Assembly: GCA_008369845.1 (NCBI GenBank)
Contig: MRSU01003035.1
Coordinates: 1 to 52,755, forward strand
Direction of reading: 5' to 3'
Origin: Trichomonas gallinae
Lineage: Eukaryota
Length of the DNA: 52,755 bases
This document shows, one piece after another, positions 1 through 10,355 of the stretch. The stretch's first letter is position 1. Every line of letters starts with the position of its first letter. Under the pieces are notes generated by a model. The model had not been told where the DNA came from. It worked only from the letters and a program-made list of their open reading frames with translations, and made no database searches. The position numbers and the translations under genes are program-made.

Positions 1-2
1 GG

Positions 3-86
3 AAAAGTGATGTTTATACTCGTTATACAGATTTATCCACGCAGGAAGCAGCTATAATAGTTGATCCATTATTATTATATAAATAA
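3..86 (+). CDS. Possible 3' end of a gene truncated by the window edge
   Basis: Open frame KSDVYTRYTDLSTQEAAIIVDPLLLYK* ending in TAAA, followed by AT-rich sequence; no family recognised. Confidence 0.35.
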   Translation, partial: KSDVYTRYTDLSTQEAAIIVDPLLLYK

Positions 87-2161
87 ACAAAATTTTTAAA
101 AAAATTAAAAAAATTTACAAAAGTAGGGATAATTGACTAATATATTTTTAGCGATAAAAACTGTCACAGCTATTTTGAGTATGTTATACTTATTTAGAAA
201 AATTAATTGACCTTAATGGATTTTTGACGGGTTGAATGAAATTTAAATGTGTTTAAAATGATTAGTATTTGGCTCAAAAATCGAATAAGCAAGAATTCAA
301 ATTTATTGGTATAATTTGAAGCCACTGATTACCACTTTTTATTAAATTTTCATAATAGTCATAACTTTTATAGAAAACCGGTGCATCATTAAAAGCATTT
401 GATTCTTGAAGATGTTTTTTGAGCCAATAGTGAGGCGAGTATGGAGTTGAGACTGGTGGAATGATAATAATGATAAATAAATTTTATACGGTATAAAGAA
501 CGTCACTTTCCATTTTGCACCACATAAAGAATGTCACTTTTCAATTTACGCAACATTATTAAATGTACTCTAAATACATAATTTGATCTTTTTCATCATG
601 AAAGATGTTCCCAAAGAGTAAATTCAGTGATCAAAAATGTCACGCATGTTCATATGAAGTTGGAAGTCAAAATAAATTGTTGAAATGATAAAATATGGGT
701 GTCATCTTTGAATTCTTTAAGTATACTGGTGGAAATTCAGGAAGTAAAAAAAAAGAATTGAGAGATCCCTAATTCTATACAGGGCAACATATAACATGTC
801 ATGCTCTCAAAAAATTGACCAATGATCTACAACTACTCTATCAAGTGTCAACCCTTGACATTTATGAACAATTACCGCATCAGATACTTAGAATGACAAA
901 TGCAGACGTTGGAAGTCCATTCTATCTGATTTAGCGTCAAAAAACATCATCTAATAGTATAAAATTTGTGATTATCTAATTTAATTATAAAGTCTTCGCT
1001 GCAAGATCCGATTGCCCAACAACATTTTTTTCTTTACTAAATATATTTTTACAAAGATATTTACCAGTAAAGTTCACCTTATTGCTCAATTGCTGGATCA
1101 GGTAGAGCGGATGATTTCATATTTGATATATATAGTCTGTTCAATTTTTAATTTTCGTACCAAAGTTTTTCAGACAAAAGACAGCAGGAAACACCTTGAT
1201 AGTTGTCTAGAGATGCCTGAAGAAATATGAAATTCATCCAACAACTTTTTGGCTGGATAACGGGTTAGAGAAGGCAGGAATCTTTTCCAATAACATCCAA
1301 AATTTTGAATGAAAATCATTCGTATTCCAAAATTTTGAACAAACCAGGACATCGAATAAAACTTTGTTTTGATTTGTAAAGAAAATTGAAAAAATCGTGT
1401 CTGTGATCATGTGATGCATATCTCATATGATGCAGAAATGATTCGCATATTCACAACTAAGATTTAGTTGTATAATGTCGAAAAGTGACAATCTGGTATC
1501 ACTTTTTGTATTTTACATGTCAATTGTTGTTATTCAATTGAACCCTCTTCCCTGTTTCAACAGATTTTGTCGAATACGTATATAATTAACAAATATTAGA
1601 TTGTAAAAATTTCCAGAATATCTTCCGAATTTGCATCCCTACTCATGCTTTAGAAAATATATATAGTCTTGACATATAAATTGGTATTTGGCTCGATATC
1701 GATCAATCAAATCATCAATTTCCATGCATTAATATATGCATAATTATAGAAAGTGTATCACAATGTCATGATTTTAATTTGTTATAACGAATTTTCGAAA
1801 TATCGTTTTCTATCATAAAGAATGATAAAATATCTAAGAAAAATTGTATAAAAATTGAATTAAAATATTAAAACTTTCAAACTCGCTAAAATGAAATTTC
1901 ATCAATTTGCGATATTTGGATTCAATCAAAACCTATATTTAAAAACGATATCACAAGACATAATTTATCAATATAAATATATTTCATTGAGCAACTCACA
2001 GATATTTTTATTTTTGGAATTTGATATAATAAAAAATGGGAAAATTCTCTAAAATATATGATGTATAAATTAAATATTTTCTACAATTATAATAAAAAAT
2101 ATGGATAAAAAACAAAAGAAATTTCGCAGAAGGGTAAAAAAAGGGATTTTTTTTTTCAAAA

Positions 2162-5100
2162 ATGTTTTGGATCTTTTTTGGGTTCATCAAATGTTATGAT
2201 GACTTTGATGATTTCGATCCTGACGAAAACCCCGAGTACAGTTACTTTGTATCGAAAAAGAAAGGTGCAATCATTGGTGTGCCGAAATCTGTTGGAAAAC
2301 CATGCATTAATCCGCGGTTTACTGGTGCTTTTGTTATAGATCCATCTGTAACTTTGGATGGACAGACATATCCTATAAATGGAATTGGAAAATACGCGTT
2401 TTATCAAACAAGAATTCAATCGATATCTTTTCCTGAAAGTGTTACAAAGATTTATGAGTATGCATTTTCAGGTTGCCACTATCTAGAAATCGTAGACTTA
2501 TCTAAAACAAAAATTGACGCGATTAAAGATTCTGCATTTTCAAATACTTCGATTCGAAACATTTTATTGCCTCAGTCATTGACAGAAATCGGTAATTTCG
2601 CATTTGCAACATCACCAATTACAGAAATTAAACTTCCGAGTACAGTAACAAAATTAGGAAATTATCTCTGCTGTAATTGTACAAAACTGAAAACAGCTGA
2701 CTTATCAGCTGCAGGCACAGCTGATCTTCCAAAATGCTGCTTCAGAGGCTGTGTTTCTCTTTCAACAGTTAAATTACCTTCGAAATTAGTAAATATCCAC
2801 AACGAAGCATTTTCTTACACAGCAATTTCTTCAATAACAATACCGCAGAACTGCTTAACATTTGGCCGCCTCGCTTTCTCTTATTGTTCGCTTTTAACAG
2901 AAATCAAACTTCCAAACAAAATGAGTAATATTGACTATGGTTGTTTCAAAGGTTGTGTGTCGCTGAAGAAAATTGATATGAGCTCGATCAATATTACAAT
3001 GTTTTCAAATGATTTATTCAGAGATTGCACTTCGTTGACGACAATTGTCTATCCAAAAGGTTTCAACTCGTTCGGTGAGTTCTCTTTATCAGCAACACAC
3101 ATGAAGGAGTTAACACTTTCATCCGAAATCACAAATATTCAACGTGGAGCCTTCAGTTGGAACGTTTTCTTGCAGAAAGTTGACCTCTCTGCATTGAATC
3201 TTGACAGTCTTCCAGACGAAATCTTCAGAATGTGCACACATCTCAAATCCGTCACTCTGCCATCGAAGATTAAACGAATCCCAGAGCGTGCTTTTGCTCA
3301 GTGTGTCTCCCTTAAGTCCATCGATATGACAAAGACATCTATAAACACAATTGGAATAAATGCATTTTATATGTGTTCAACACTTGCTGAGATTTCATTC
3401 CCAGAAAGCCTTTCTTCGATCGAAGATGGTGCTTTCGCTTCCTGTGCGTTCATTGAATTCACAGCTCCCGCATCTTTGAATTTCATTGGTGCTCAGGCTT
3501 TCTTTTCATGCAGAAAACTGAAGACAGCAGATCTTGCAAACTCAGCCATAACAGATCTTTCCGATTTTGCGTTCGCTGTCTGCACATCTTTAACAAAAAT
3601 CACAATTCCAACCACATTGAGAACAATTGGTGCCTCAGCACTCGCTGATACAGCAATTTCAACAATCGCTAAGAGCTCATTCGGCGAAAAAATTACATCT
3701 ATCGGCTCCCGCGCATTTGAAAATTGCAAAGAACTCAGAAACATCGATATTTCCGGTACATCCGTCACAGTTCTCAACGGTACATTCCGTGGATGCAATA
3801 ACCTCGCCATCTGCAAACTCCCAGCCAATATCCAGAGAATCGAAGATTCACCATTCTTCGGAACAGCAATTACACCTCTTCCTATCCCAGAGACATTAAC
3901 ATCCCTGGGTCCAGGAGCTTTCGCGAATACATCTTTCAACGGAGAAGGCCTCCCAACAACCTTGACATCCATTGGTGACTACGCGTTCGCTTGGTGCCCG
4001 TCTTTGACATCACTAGACTTCTCCAAGTCGACAATAACATCCATCGGAAACTACGCTTTCTTCAACTCTTCTCTCAAGACCATCCAGTGGCCAACAACTT
4101 TGCAATTCATCGGCCGCAACTTATTCTTATTGACACCTTACAAGGACGTCAAACTCCCAGCATCAATAAACGATTTGGCTGTCGCAGCATTCGAGGCCAA
4201 CACAATCAAGACACTGGATATGAGTGACACAGCTGTCTTCGACCTGCCAAATCGCACATTCGCTCACACTAAAGAACTCATCGAAGTCAAGCTGCCAAAC
4301 ACGATAAGGTCTATTGGCGACCACTGTTTCTTCGGTTCTTCTATTCAGAAAATTGAGCTGCCAAAGACAGTTAGTCAGCTTGGCCCAGCTGCTTTTGGTA
4401 TGACACAATCCTTGACTTCAATTGATTTCTCATCTACAGCTGTCAAAAACATATCAGCCGCCTGCTTCTTCAATTCTTCCATTGCCAGAGTAGTACTTCC
4501 ACAGAACTGCACAATCTTCGAGTGGGCTTTCGCTTTGAGTGATTTAACAGGCTTGTCTGGAAGCATCTTCTGGATGGGTAGATATGCTTTCTTCTACTGC
4601 CACAAACTGGCTAGAATCAGTTTGACGCAAGACTGCTACTTCACAGATGTCGCTGATCACTGCTTCTCTCACTGCTTCAAACTGTCAGAAGTCAAACTAC
4701 CCTCAAATCTGACGGTCGTCCACAATCTCGCTTTCTGCAACTGCACATCTCTTAAACAAGTCAACCTCGCTGAGACACAAGTCAGGCAGCTTTTGTATGG
4801 TGCTTTTGCAAATTGCACGAAATTGACAGGCTACTCTATACCAGCCACTTGCACACAGATCGGCGATGAATGCTTCTTGAATACGTCAATTTTCTCTGTC
4901 GAACTTAACAAAGAAATTTCAACAATCGGAACAGGTGCTTTCAGATCATGTCACCACTTGAAGAACATAGATATGTCGAAGACATCTGTCACGAAGATCT
5001 TGAACAAATGCTTCAGCGGATGCTTCGCTTTGAACGATATTCAGCTGCCTGAGAAATTAGAAACAATCGGTAACTACGCCTTCCAGCACTGCGGCATCAC

Positions 5101-6493
5101 ATATATAACAATGCCAGAAACACTGAAAGGACTTGGCCGTATGGCTTTCTCTGGCTGCTATAACTTGCAGTCAGCTGATCTCTCGAAGACAGCAATGATA
5201 TCTATAGCTTGTGGTGCATTTTCTAACTGCTCGAAGCTCTCCAAAGTCATCCTTCCTCCAAAACTCTCTAGACAGAACTCTAAAGTTCCACTCTGGTTGT
5301 ATGAAACAACAACAGTCTACGTTAACTTCTTCAATGAAACACACAGACCGAACTACAACCAGGATGAAGTTGTCGCGGAATACTCAGAGCCACACGAATT
5401 CGTCCTCGCACAGTCCGGCCCATTGTCAAACGCACATTCATTAACAGAGTTCGATTTATCCAATACAAAGATGGTAGACTTATTCCCATGGTTCTTATAT
5501 AACGCAACATCATTAACAGACGTCAGACTGCCAAACACACTCGCGACAATCGGCGAAGGTGTCTTCGGTAACACAGCTATCACAAAAATTGTCATTCCAA
5601 ATTCAGTTACAAACATTGGACCTTCTGCCTTCAGAAACTGCGCTAAACTGACAACAATTGATTTAGAGAAATTGAACTTCACAGTTATTGGATCGTCCAT
5701 GTTCCTTGGCACTCGCAAATTACAGTCAGCCAAGTTGCCACCAAAGACAGAAACAATTGGCAACTTTGCATTCTTCAATTCATCGATCGGCAACATTAAC
5801 TTGCCACCAACAGTTGAGACACTTGGCAGATCAGTTTTCGCTTACTCCAACCTCGAGACTATTAACCTTCAGAAGACAAAGGTCACAAAGATTCCTGACC
5901 ACGGATTTTTGGGAACTGAGAAACTGAAGAATATCACGTTTAATCCAGATACGACACATATAGGTCGTGCTGCGTTCATGAACTCCGGAATAGAATCCAT
6001 TGATATCCCATCTAAAGTACAATCTATAGAGTCACTTGCTTTTGCAGGCTGCAGGAAATTAAAGACTGCGACATTGACTCATTGCACACTTAACAGAATT
6101 CCTTACGGCGTATTCGCTTTCTGCACATCATTAGAGACGGTGAATTTGCCGTCGGGACTCATGTACGTTCACGACGATGCGTTTGAGGGCTGCACAGCTC
6201 TCCGCACTGTCTACTATTTCGGATGCAATGTCATTGCATCTAAGGCGCTCGGCAAACTGAAGACAGTTGACGAGCTTGAAGTTTTAGTTCTCGAGAACTT
6301 CCCACACAGAGAATTTCTCGGCGCCAGAGTTTCATCTTTCTACAACTCTGACCTCGAGGAGCAGCTAGAGCAGGCACAGTGTGCAAAGCGCGGCCTCATC
6401 AGAGATTACAGGCCGCAGACTATACCAGATCCCAAGTACCCACGCGTCGAGATGGGCAGACTCATGCGTATCACATACAAAGAACACGACTAA
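2162..6493 (+). CDS. BspA-like leucine-rich repeat protein (TpLRR/LRR_5 type), 1443 aa
   Basis: Dozens of ~23-aa repeats (xLPxxLxxIGxxAFxxCxxL alternating with DLSxTxIxxIxxxAF); short hydrophobic N-terminus MFWIFFGFIKC; no obvious C-terminal transmembrane segment. Confidence 0.93.
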   Translation: MFWIFFGFIKCYDDFDDFDPDENPEYSYFVSKKKGAIIGVPKSVGKPCINPRFTGAFVIDPSVTLDGQTYPINGIGKYAFYQTRIQSISFPESVTKIYEYAFSGCHYLEIVDLSKTKIDAIKDSAFSNTSIRNILLPQSLTEIGNFAFATSPITEIKLPSTVTKLGNYLCCNCTKLKTADLSAAGTADLPKCCFRGCVSLSTVKLPSKLVNIHNEAFSYTAISSITIPQNCLTFGRLAFSYCSLLTEIKLPNKMSNIDYGCFKGCVSLKKIDMSSINITMFSNDLFRDCTSLTTIVYPKGFNSFGEFSLSATHMKELTLSSEITNIQRGAFSWNVFLQKVDLSALNLDSLPDEIFRMCTHLKSVTLPSKIKRIPERAFAQCVSLKSIDMTKTSINTIGINAFYMCSTLAEISFPESLSSIEDGAFASCAFIEFTAPASLNFIGAQAFFSCRKLKTADLANSAITDLSDFAFAVCTSLTKITIPTTLRTIGASALADTAISTIAKSSFGEKITSIGSRAFENCKELRNIDISGTSVTVLNGTFRGCNNLAICKLPANIQRIEDSPFFGTAITPLPIPETLTSLGPGAFANTSFNGEGLPTTLTSIGDYAFAWCPSLTSLDFSKSTITSIGNYAFFNSSLKTIQWPTTLQFIGRNLFLLTPYKDVKLPASINDLAVAAFEANTIKTLDMSDTAVFDLPNRTFAHTKELIEVKLPNTIRSIGDHCFFGSSIQKIELPKTVSQLGPAAFGMTQSLTSIDFSSTAVKNISAACFFNSSIARVVLPQNCTIFEWAFALSDLTGLSGSIFWMGRYAFFYCHKLARISLTQDCYFTDVADHCFSHCFKLSEVKLPSNLTVVHNLAFCNCTSLKQVNLAETQVRQLLYGAFANCTKLTGYSIPATCTQIGDECFLNTSIFSVELNKEISTIGTGAFRSCHHLKNIDMSKTSVTKILNKCFSGCFALNDIQLPEKLETIGNYAFQHCGITYITMPETLKGLGRMAFSGCYNLQSADLSKTAMISIACGAFSNCSKLSKVILPPKLSRQNSKVPLWLYETTTVYVNFFNETHRPNYNQDEVVAEYSEPHEFVLAQSGPLSNAHSLTEFDLSNTKMVDLFPWFLYNATSLTDVRLPNTLATIGEGVFGNTAITKIVIPNSVTNIGPSAFRNCAKLTTIDLEKLNFTVIGSSMFLGTRKLQSAKLPPKTETIGNFAFFNSSIGNINLPPTVETLGRSVFAYSNLETINLQKTKVTKIPDHGFLGTEKLKNITFNPDTTHIGRAAFMNSGIESIDIPSKVQSIESLAFAGCRKLKTATLTHCTLNRIPYGVFAFCTSLETVNLPSGLMYVHDDAFEGCTALRTVYYFGCNVIASKALGKLKTVDELEVLVLENFPHREFLGARVSSFYNSDLEEQLEQAQCAKRGLIRDYRPQTIPDPKYPRVEMGRLMRITYKEHD

Positions 6494-7027
6494 TATCTTT
6501 ATTTTTTTTTTCCTTGTAATTACACTAATTTCGTTTTTAAAATTAAAATGCATTCAATATATTTATTTTTTGTCATATCTATTACTTTTTACAGAAGCAT
6601 CAATACATGTAGTTTCTGATCAAAGGACATCTATTGTTATTCATCATCATATCATTAACATTATCAAAGGAAGTTGAATTCAAATTGATAGATCATAAAG
6701 TGGAGGTTTATTGCATAATTACATCAAGACTTCTTTGTAAGAATTTAGATTAATCTTTATTTGGCATTATCACAATTAATAACTATGTGAATTTCTTATT
6801 AAATCTGATCTGAAACCGATATAATATAACTATGATGCTTTTGCCTTATGGATACATTATTAGATTGTTATGAATTTTTTTTCGATTTGTAATAAGATGA
6901 TTTGACATGATAAATTTGCTGTGATTGTTTTTGTTTGCTCGTGGAATTAGTACAGTAATGGAGAAAAGAATTGTAGGATGAAGAAACAACAAAAACAATT
7001 TATATATGACAGAGAACAAAACAAAAT

Positions 7028-7924
7028 TCAGCTGAATGAAACGTTGTGTTTCAAGATTCTTGCATCGCCGGGTCCTCCCCCTGTAGCGATCATAGACATA
7101 GTTGGATGGCACGCTATAGCGTAGCTCTGCGGCATGTGAACTTCTCGCTCGAAAAGACTTTGTAAACTATCCATGTCGACAATTTTAAGGAGTCCGTCCA
7201 TCAAAAACGCGATATATTGGTGCTGCTGAGGTGTTGTGAAAATGCTGTACTGTCTGGACGAAAACTCTGAGTTTATTTTTTCTATCTCCATGTTGTTTGC
7301 AAGATTCTTCATGCGAATCAAGCCATTGTCGCCTAATACAATTGCGAGCTCATCTTTTTTGAACAATTTAATCTGCCAGAGTCCAGAGCATTCTGTATTA
7401 AAGCTCTGGTAACAAATGTGACGCACTGGGGAGTTCATTAACGGAAAAGTATTAAACATTCGAATAATTCCATCTGTAGATGTTGTAAGAAACGCATTTT
7501 TTTCAGTCATTATGGTTATAGAAGTAATAGGGAATATAGAAGCTGGTATTACAATAGGAACTGAGTCTTGTTTATAATGTAAAACAACTGTTCCATCCGA
7601 AAATCCAGATAATGAGAAGATTTTTTGGGATGATGTAATACAAAGTGCTTGTTTATCTTCACCTGAATCATAAAATACCTCTGAAATACTATTTTTGATA
7701 TCAACAAGAAAAATTGAGCCATCTTTTCGTGCGCACATAATAATGTATCCATTAGAATGCCATGCGAAACGATTAATATATCCAATGTTGTCGATTTTTC
7801 TAATTGAAACTAAATCGTTACTTTTATATATTTGCAAATTACCATCCGTGGATGAAGCAGCAAGCAACGTCCCCGTTGGACTGAATTCGCAGCATGAAAT
7901 TCCATACGAAACCGGATTATTCAT
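7028..7924 (-). CDS. WD40-repeat protein
   Basis: Repeats CEFSPTGTLLAASSTDGNLQIY, FAWHSNG...RKDGSIFL, LTTSTDGIIRMF, IACHPTMSMIATGG; first ATG at 7924 (the ORF-track start at 7972 is non-ATG). Confidence 0.85.
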   Translation of the reverse strand: MNNPVSYGISCCEFSPTGTLLAASSTDGNLQIYKSNDLVSIRKIDNIGYINRFAWHSNGYIIMCARKDGSIFLVDIKNSISEVFYDSGEDKQALCITSSQKIFSLSGFSDGTVVLHYKQDSVPIVIPASIFPITSITIMTEKNAFLTTSTDGIIRMFNTFPLMNSPVRHICYQSFNTECSGLWQIKLFKKDELAIVLGDNGLIRMKNLANNMEIEKINSEFSSRQYSIFTTPQQHQYIAFLMDGLLKIVDMDSLQSLFEREVHMPQSYAIACHPTMSMIATGGGPGDARILKHNVSFS

Positions 7925-8023
7925 GTCAAAATACTTTTGACAAATAAATTCATTTTTGACAAGTAATGTCAAATTTTGTCAAAATGCATCATTGGTGATA
8001 TATTTATTCACATAGAGCTGATC

Positions 8024-8383
8024 TCATGAAAGAAGAGACATCTTTCTGTTGCAATAGAATAATTCATGTTCTAGCTGCTGTTTTATTACCGTTTTCTGAA
8101 AAATTAAAAGTTTATTATAAAAATTAAAAATTTTATCAAGTGCTTGTCCATCGAATACGACTATGGGAGTTAGGCCACATTTTCTTATAGCATTAATTCT
8201 ACTCATTAAATACGGAAGAACGACTTTTGTTGAAGTATCTTTGATAAATTCGACAGGATATCGAAAACTAACACGATGAAGCCATACAAAACCATCAATA
8301 GCTACTTTCAACCCGACAAAACTGCCCAAATGATATATTTTTGATACGTATGCAAATAAAGGCAACAAACCTTGAATTCCCAT
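8024..8383 (-). pseudogene. Truncated XPG/Exo1-family nuclease, N-terminal fragment
   Basis: MGIQGLLP, VAIDGFVWLHR and PIVVFDG are XPG-N/Exo1 motifs. Similarity breaks after VFDGQAL; an Exo1-like remnant (ENGNKTAART*) lies in another frame; no XPG-I domain. Confidence 0.75.
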
Positions 8384-8762
8384 CACATAAAATGATTCAT
8401 TTTAAGTCAAATCATTCAATATTTTGAAATATTTTTATGAAATACATTTATTTATTTGTTATATTTTCGAACCCAATGATAACATATATGTTTCTTTCCA
8501 TTAATATAATACAACAGATTTTTGTTGAAGATTTCACTATATAGAATTACTAAATTCTCTATATTTTTATTTCATTCAATGAATTTATTCAGGATCTTTA
8601 GCAAACCACACATATTCAGTGGGAGATAGAAACCTTATCCCCTATTTGAGTGAACCATAAATTAGACATATATAAATTTATTATCTTTTTTTACCTCCAT
8701 GTTAAACAATTATTTCATTAAAATATTGAATTACCAAACTAATATTTAAGTTGACTAGAAAT

Positions 8763-9796
8763 ATGTATGGTCCATTTTAACTTCAATTGTTATTTAGTGA
8801 AATATTTGTTCAACAATTTTTGTTCATGAATGGGAAGAGTTTTATGGTACCTCTGACAATGTTAGTATGCATGAAGGAAGATCCACTTATCTAGGCAAAT
8901 TTCCTGAATCAGGTTCACTATATATTAAAAATTCATATTTTTTTGATTTAACTCGACGCGCTATTTTTTTCCTCAATTTTGAAGGGAGTAGTGACGACAA
9001 AACATTAATTGAAACTACCACATTCCACAATGTTTCATGTGATAGTAGTTATGGTTCAAATACAGGTGGTGCTGTTTTTTTATACTATAATGGACAAATT
9101 GTTCAAGACTCTGTAACATATATCCTAACATATATGGGATTTGGTGGACTCCATACTGTTTTTGATTCAAAGATTTCTTCCAGCTTAGAGCAGAAAAATT
9201 ATTTTCTAGAATCCAGTATTTCTTCAAGCGGTCTTAATGAAATATCTTCAACATTATTTTCCAATCAAAAGGGAATAATTTGTCATTCAAAAAATAACAT
9301 AACAAATAATAAAGGAAAATCATCTACTTTTGGTTATTTCTACTCCGAATATCAGATTTCCAGTAATGATACATTGTATCGAAACAACACAGCAAAACAA
9401 AACTATTTTATTAATATTCCAACGAAAACAAAATTATATTCCTCAAGTATAATAGACAATCAGTATGTTGGTGAAACCCCATCAGAATATGGATTGATTC
9501 ATATAATTAATCAAGTTACATTCGAATGCTGTACATTATTAAGAAATAAAGGAGGAAATCTATTTTCTAAATCCCGAAGCAACAATCGACTTATATTGAT
9601 TAATACATATTGTGATTCAATCTCATATACTTGCCCTTGGGTAATTCAGCCCTATGAAAGGTTTTTGGAAACTTCAATCAATAAAAGTTTGAACTGCATA
9701 TTCCATTTCAAAATCTCCACTATAGAAATTGTTATTAAAAGTGAGTCTCAAATCCAATGCTTGCTGATACACATTTTTTTAATAATATCTAATTAA
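8763..9796 (+). pseudogene. Asn/Ser-rich hypothetical (beta-helix-like trichomonad family) with a disrupted 5' end; 309-aa ORF at 8867-9796
   Basis: ORF 8867-9796 is intact. The upstream ATG at 8763 is followed by an in-frame TAA (8778-8780) and a 14-nt imperfect tandem duplication (8799-8812/8813-8826) that shifts the frame. Confidence 0.5.
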
Positions 9797-9824
9797 AGTT
9801 ATAGTATATTGAATGATCAAAATA

Positions 9825-10038
9825 GTAAACGCAAAAAAAAAATGAGAATAAAACAGCTTTGATTCATGCTTCAGAAAAAGATTAACATGAAGTTGTCAAA
9901 CCTTTCATCACTGTTCCCGGAATCGATGTAAACATAAAAATCATTGGCAGCATAACAGAATTGATTATAGCTTCATATAATGGTCATCATGAAGTTGTCA
10001 AGCACTTTCTCAATGTTCCTGGAATAGAAGTAAGCTGA
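9825..10038 (+). pseudogene. Ankyrin-repeat gene fragment (two repeats)
   Basis: From 9841: NENKTALIHASEKD*HEVVKPFITVPGIDVNIKIIGSITELIIASYNGHHEVVKHFLNVPGIEVS*; 33-aa (99-nt) period with an internal TAA at 9883. Confidence 0.85.
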
Positions 10039-10126
10039 CAGCTTACTATTAAGAATACACATAAGTTCTTGTACTAGACTTCCTATATAGAATCAATTGA
10101 TTATAATTATACTTGAAATCCTGTTC

Positions 10127-10151
10127 TTTTTTTTTTTTTTTTTTTTTTTTT
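10127..10151. repeat. Poly(T) tract, ~25 nt
   Basis: Uninterrupted T run. Confidence 0.9.
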
Positions 10152-10355
10152 GATAAAATGTTATAGTTGAATCATATGAATGAATTATTATTGCTACAAG
10201 TAGTTAATAAAATAACAAATACAAGTAAAAGATTACAGGATAGCTTCGATCGATTTATCTGTGCCAGAATAAATAGTTGACAACCAACAACCAGCAAATA
10301 GACATGAAATGTCATTTGCCAGGATCAGTAGCCTGTTCATTGTTGATTAATAAAT

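Noticed and set aside
493..543. 20-nt imperfect direct repeat ataaagaaYgtcactttYca
   Set aside because: Only two copies containing a common GTCACTTT/Inr-like motif; no array or CRISPR-like structure
598..1680. Possible decayed coding sequence (e.g. MGVIFEFFKYTGGNSG...*FYTGQHITCHALKK...) and the short ORFs at 1012-1419
   Set aside because: Many stops and no recognisable family; cannot be supported as a named feature
3493..6677. Antisense and alternate-frame ORFs overlapping BspA (and similar ones inside other long genes, e.g. 43420-44169)
   Set aside because: Shadow ORFs produced by the codon bias of the real genes
10127..10151. Poly(T) as a retrotransposed poly(A) tail
   Set aside because: No target-site duplication or element body identified
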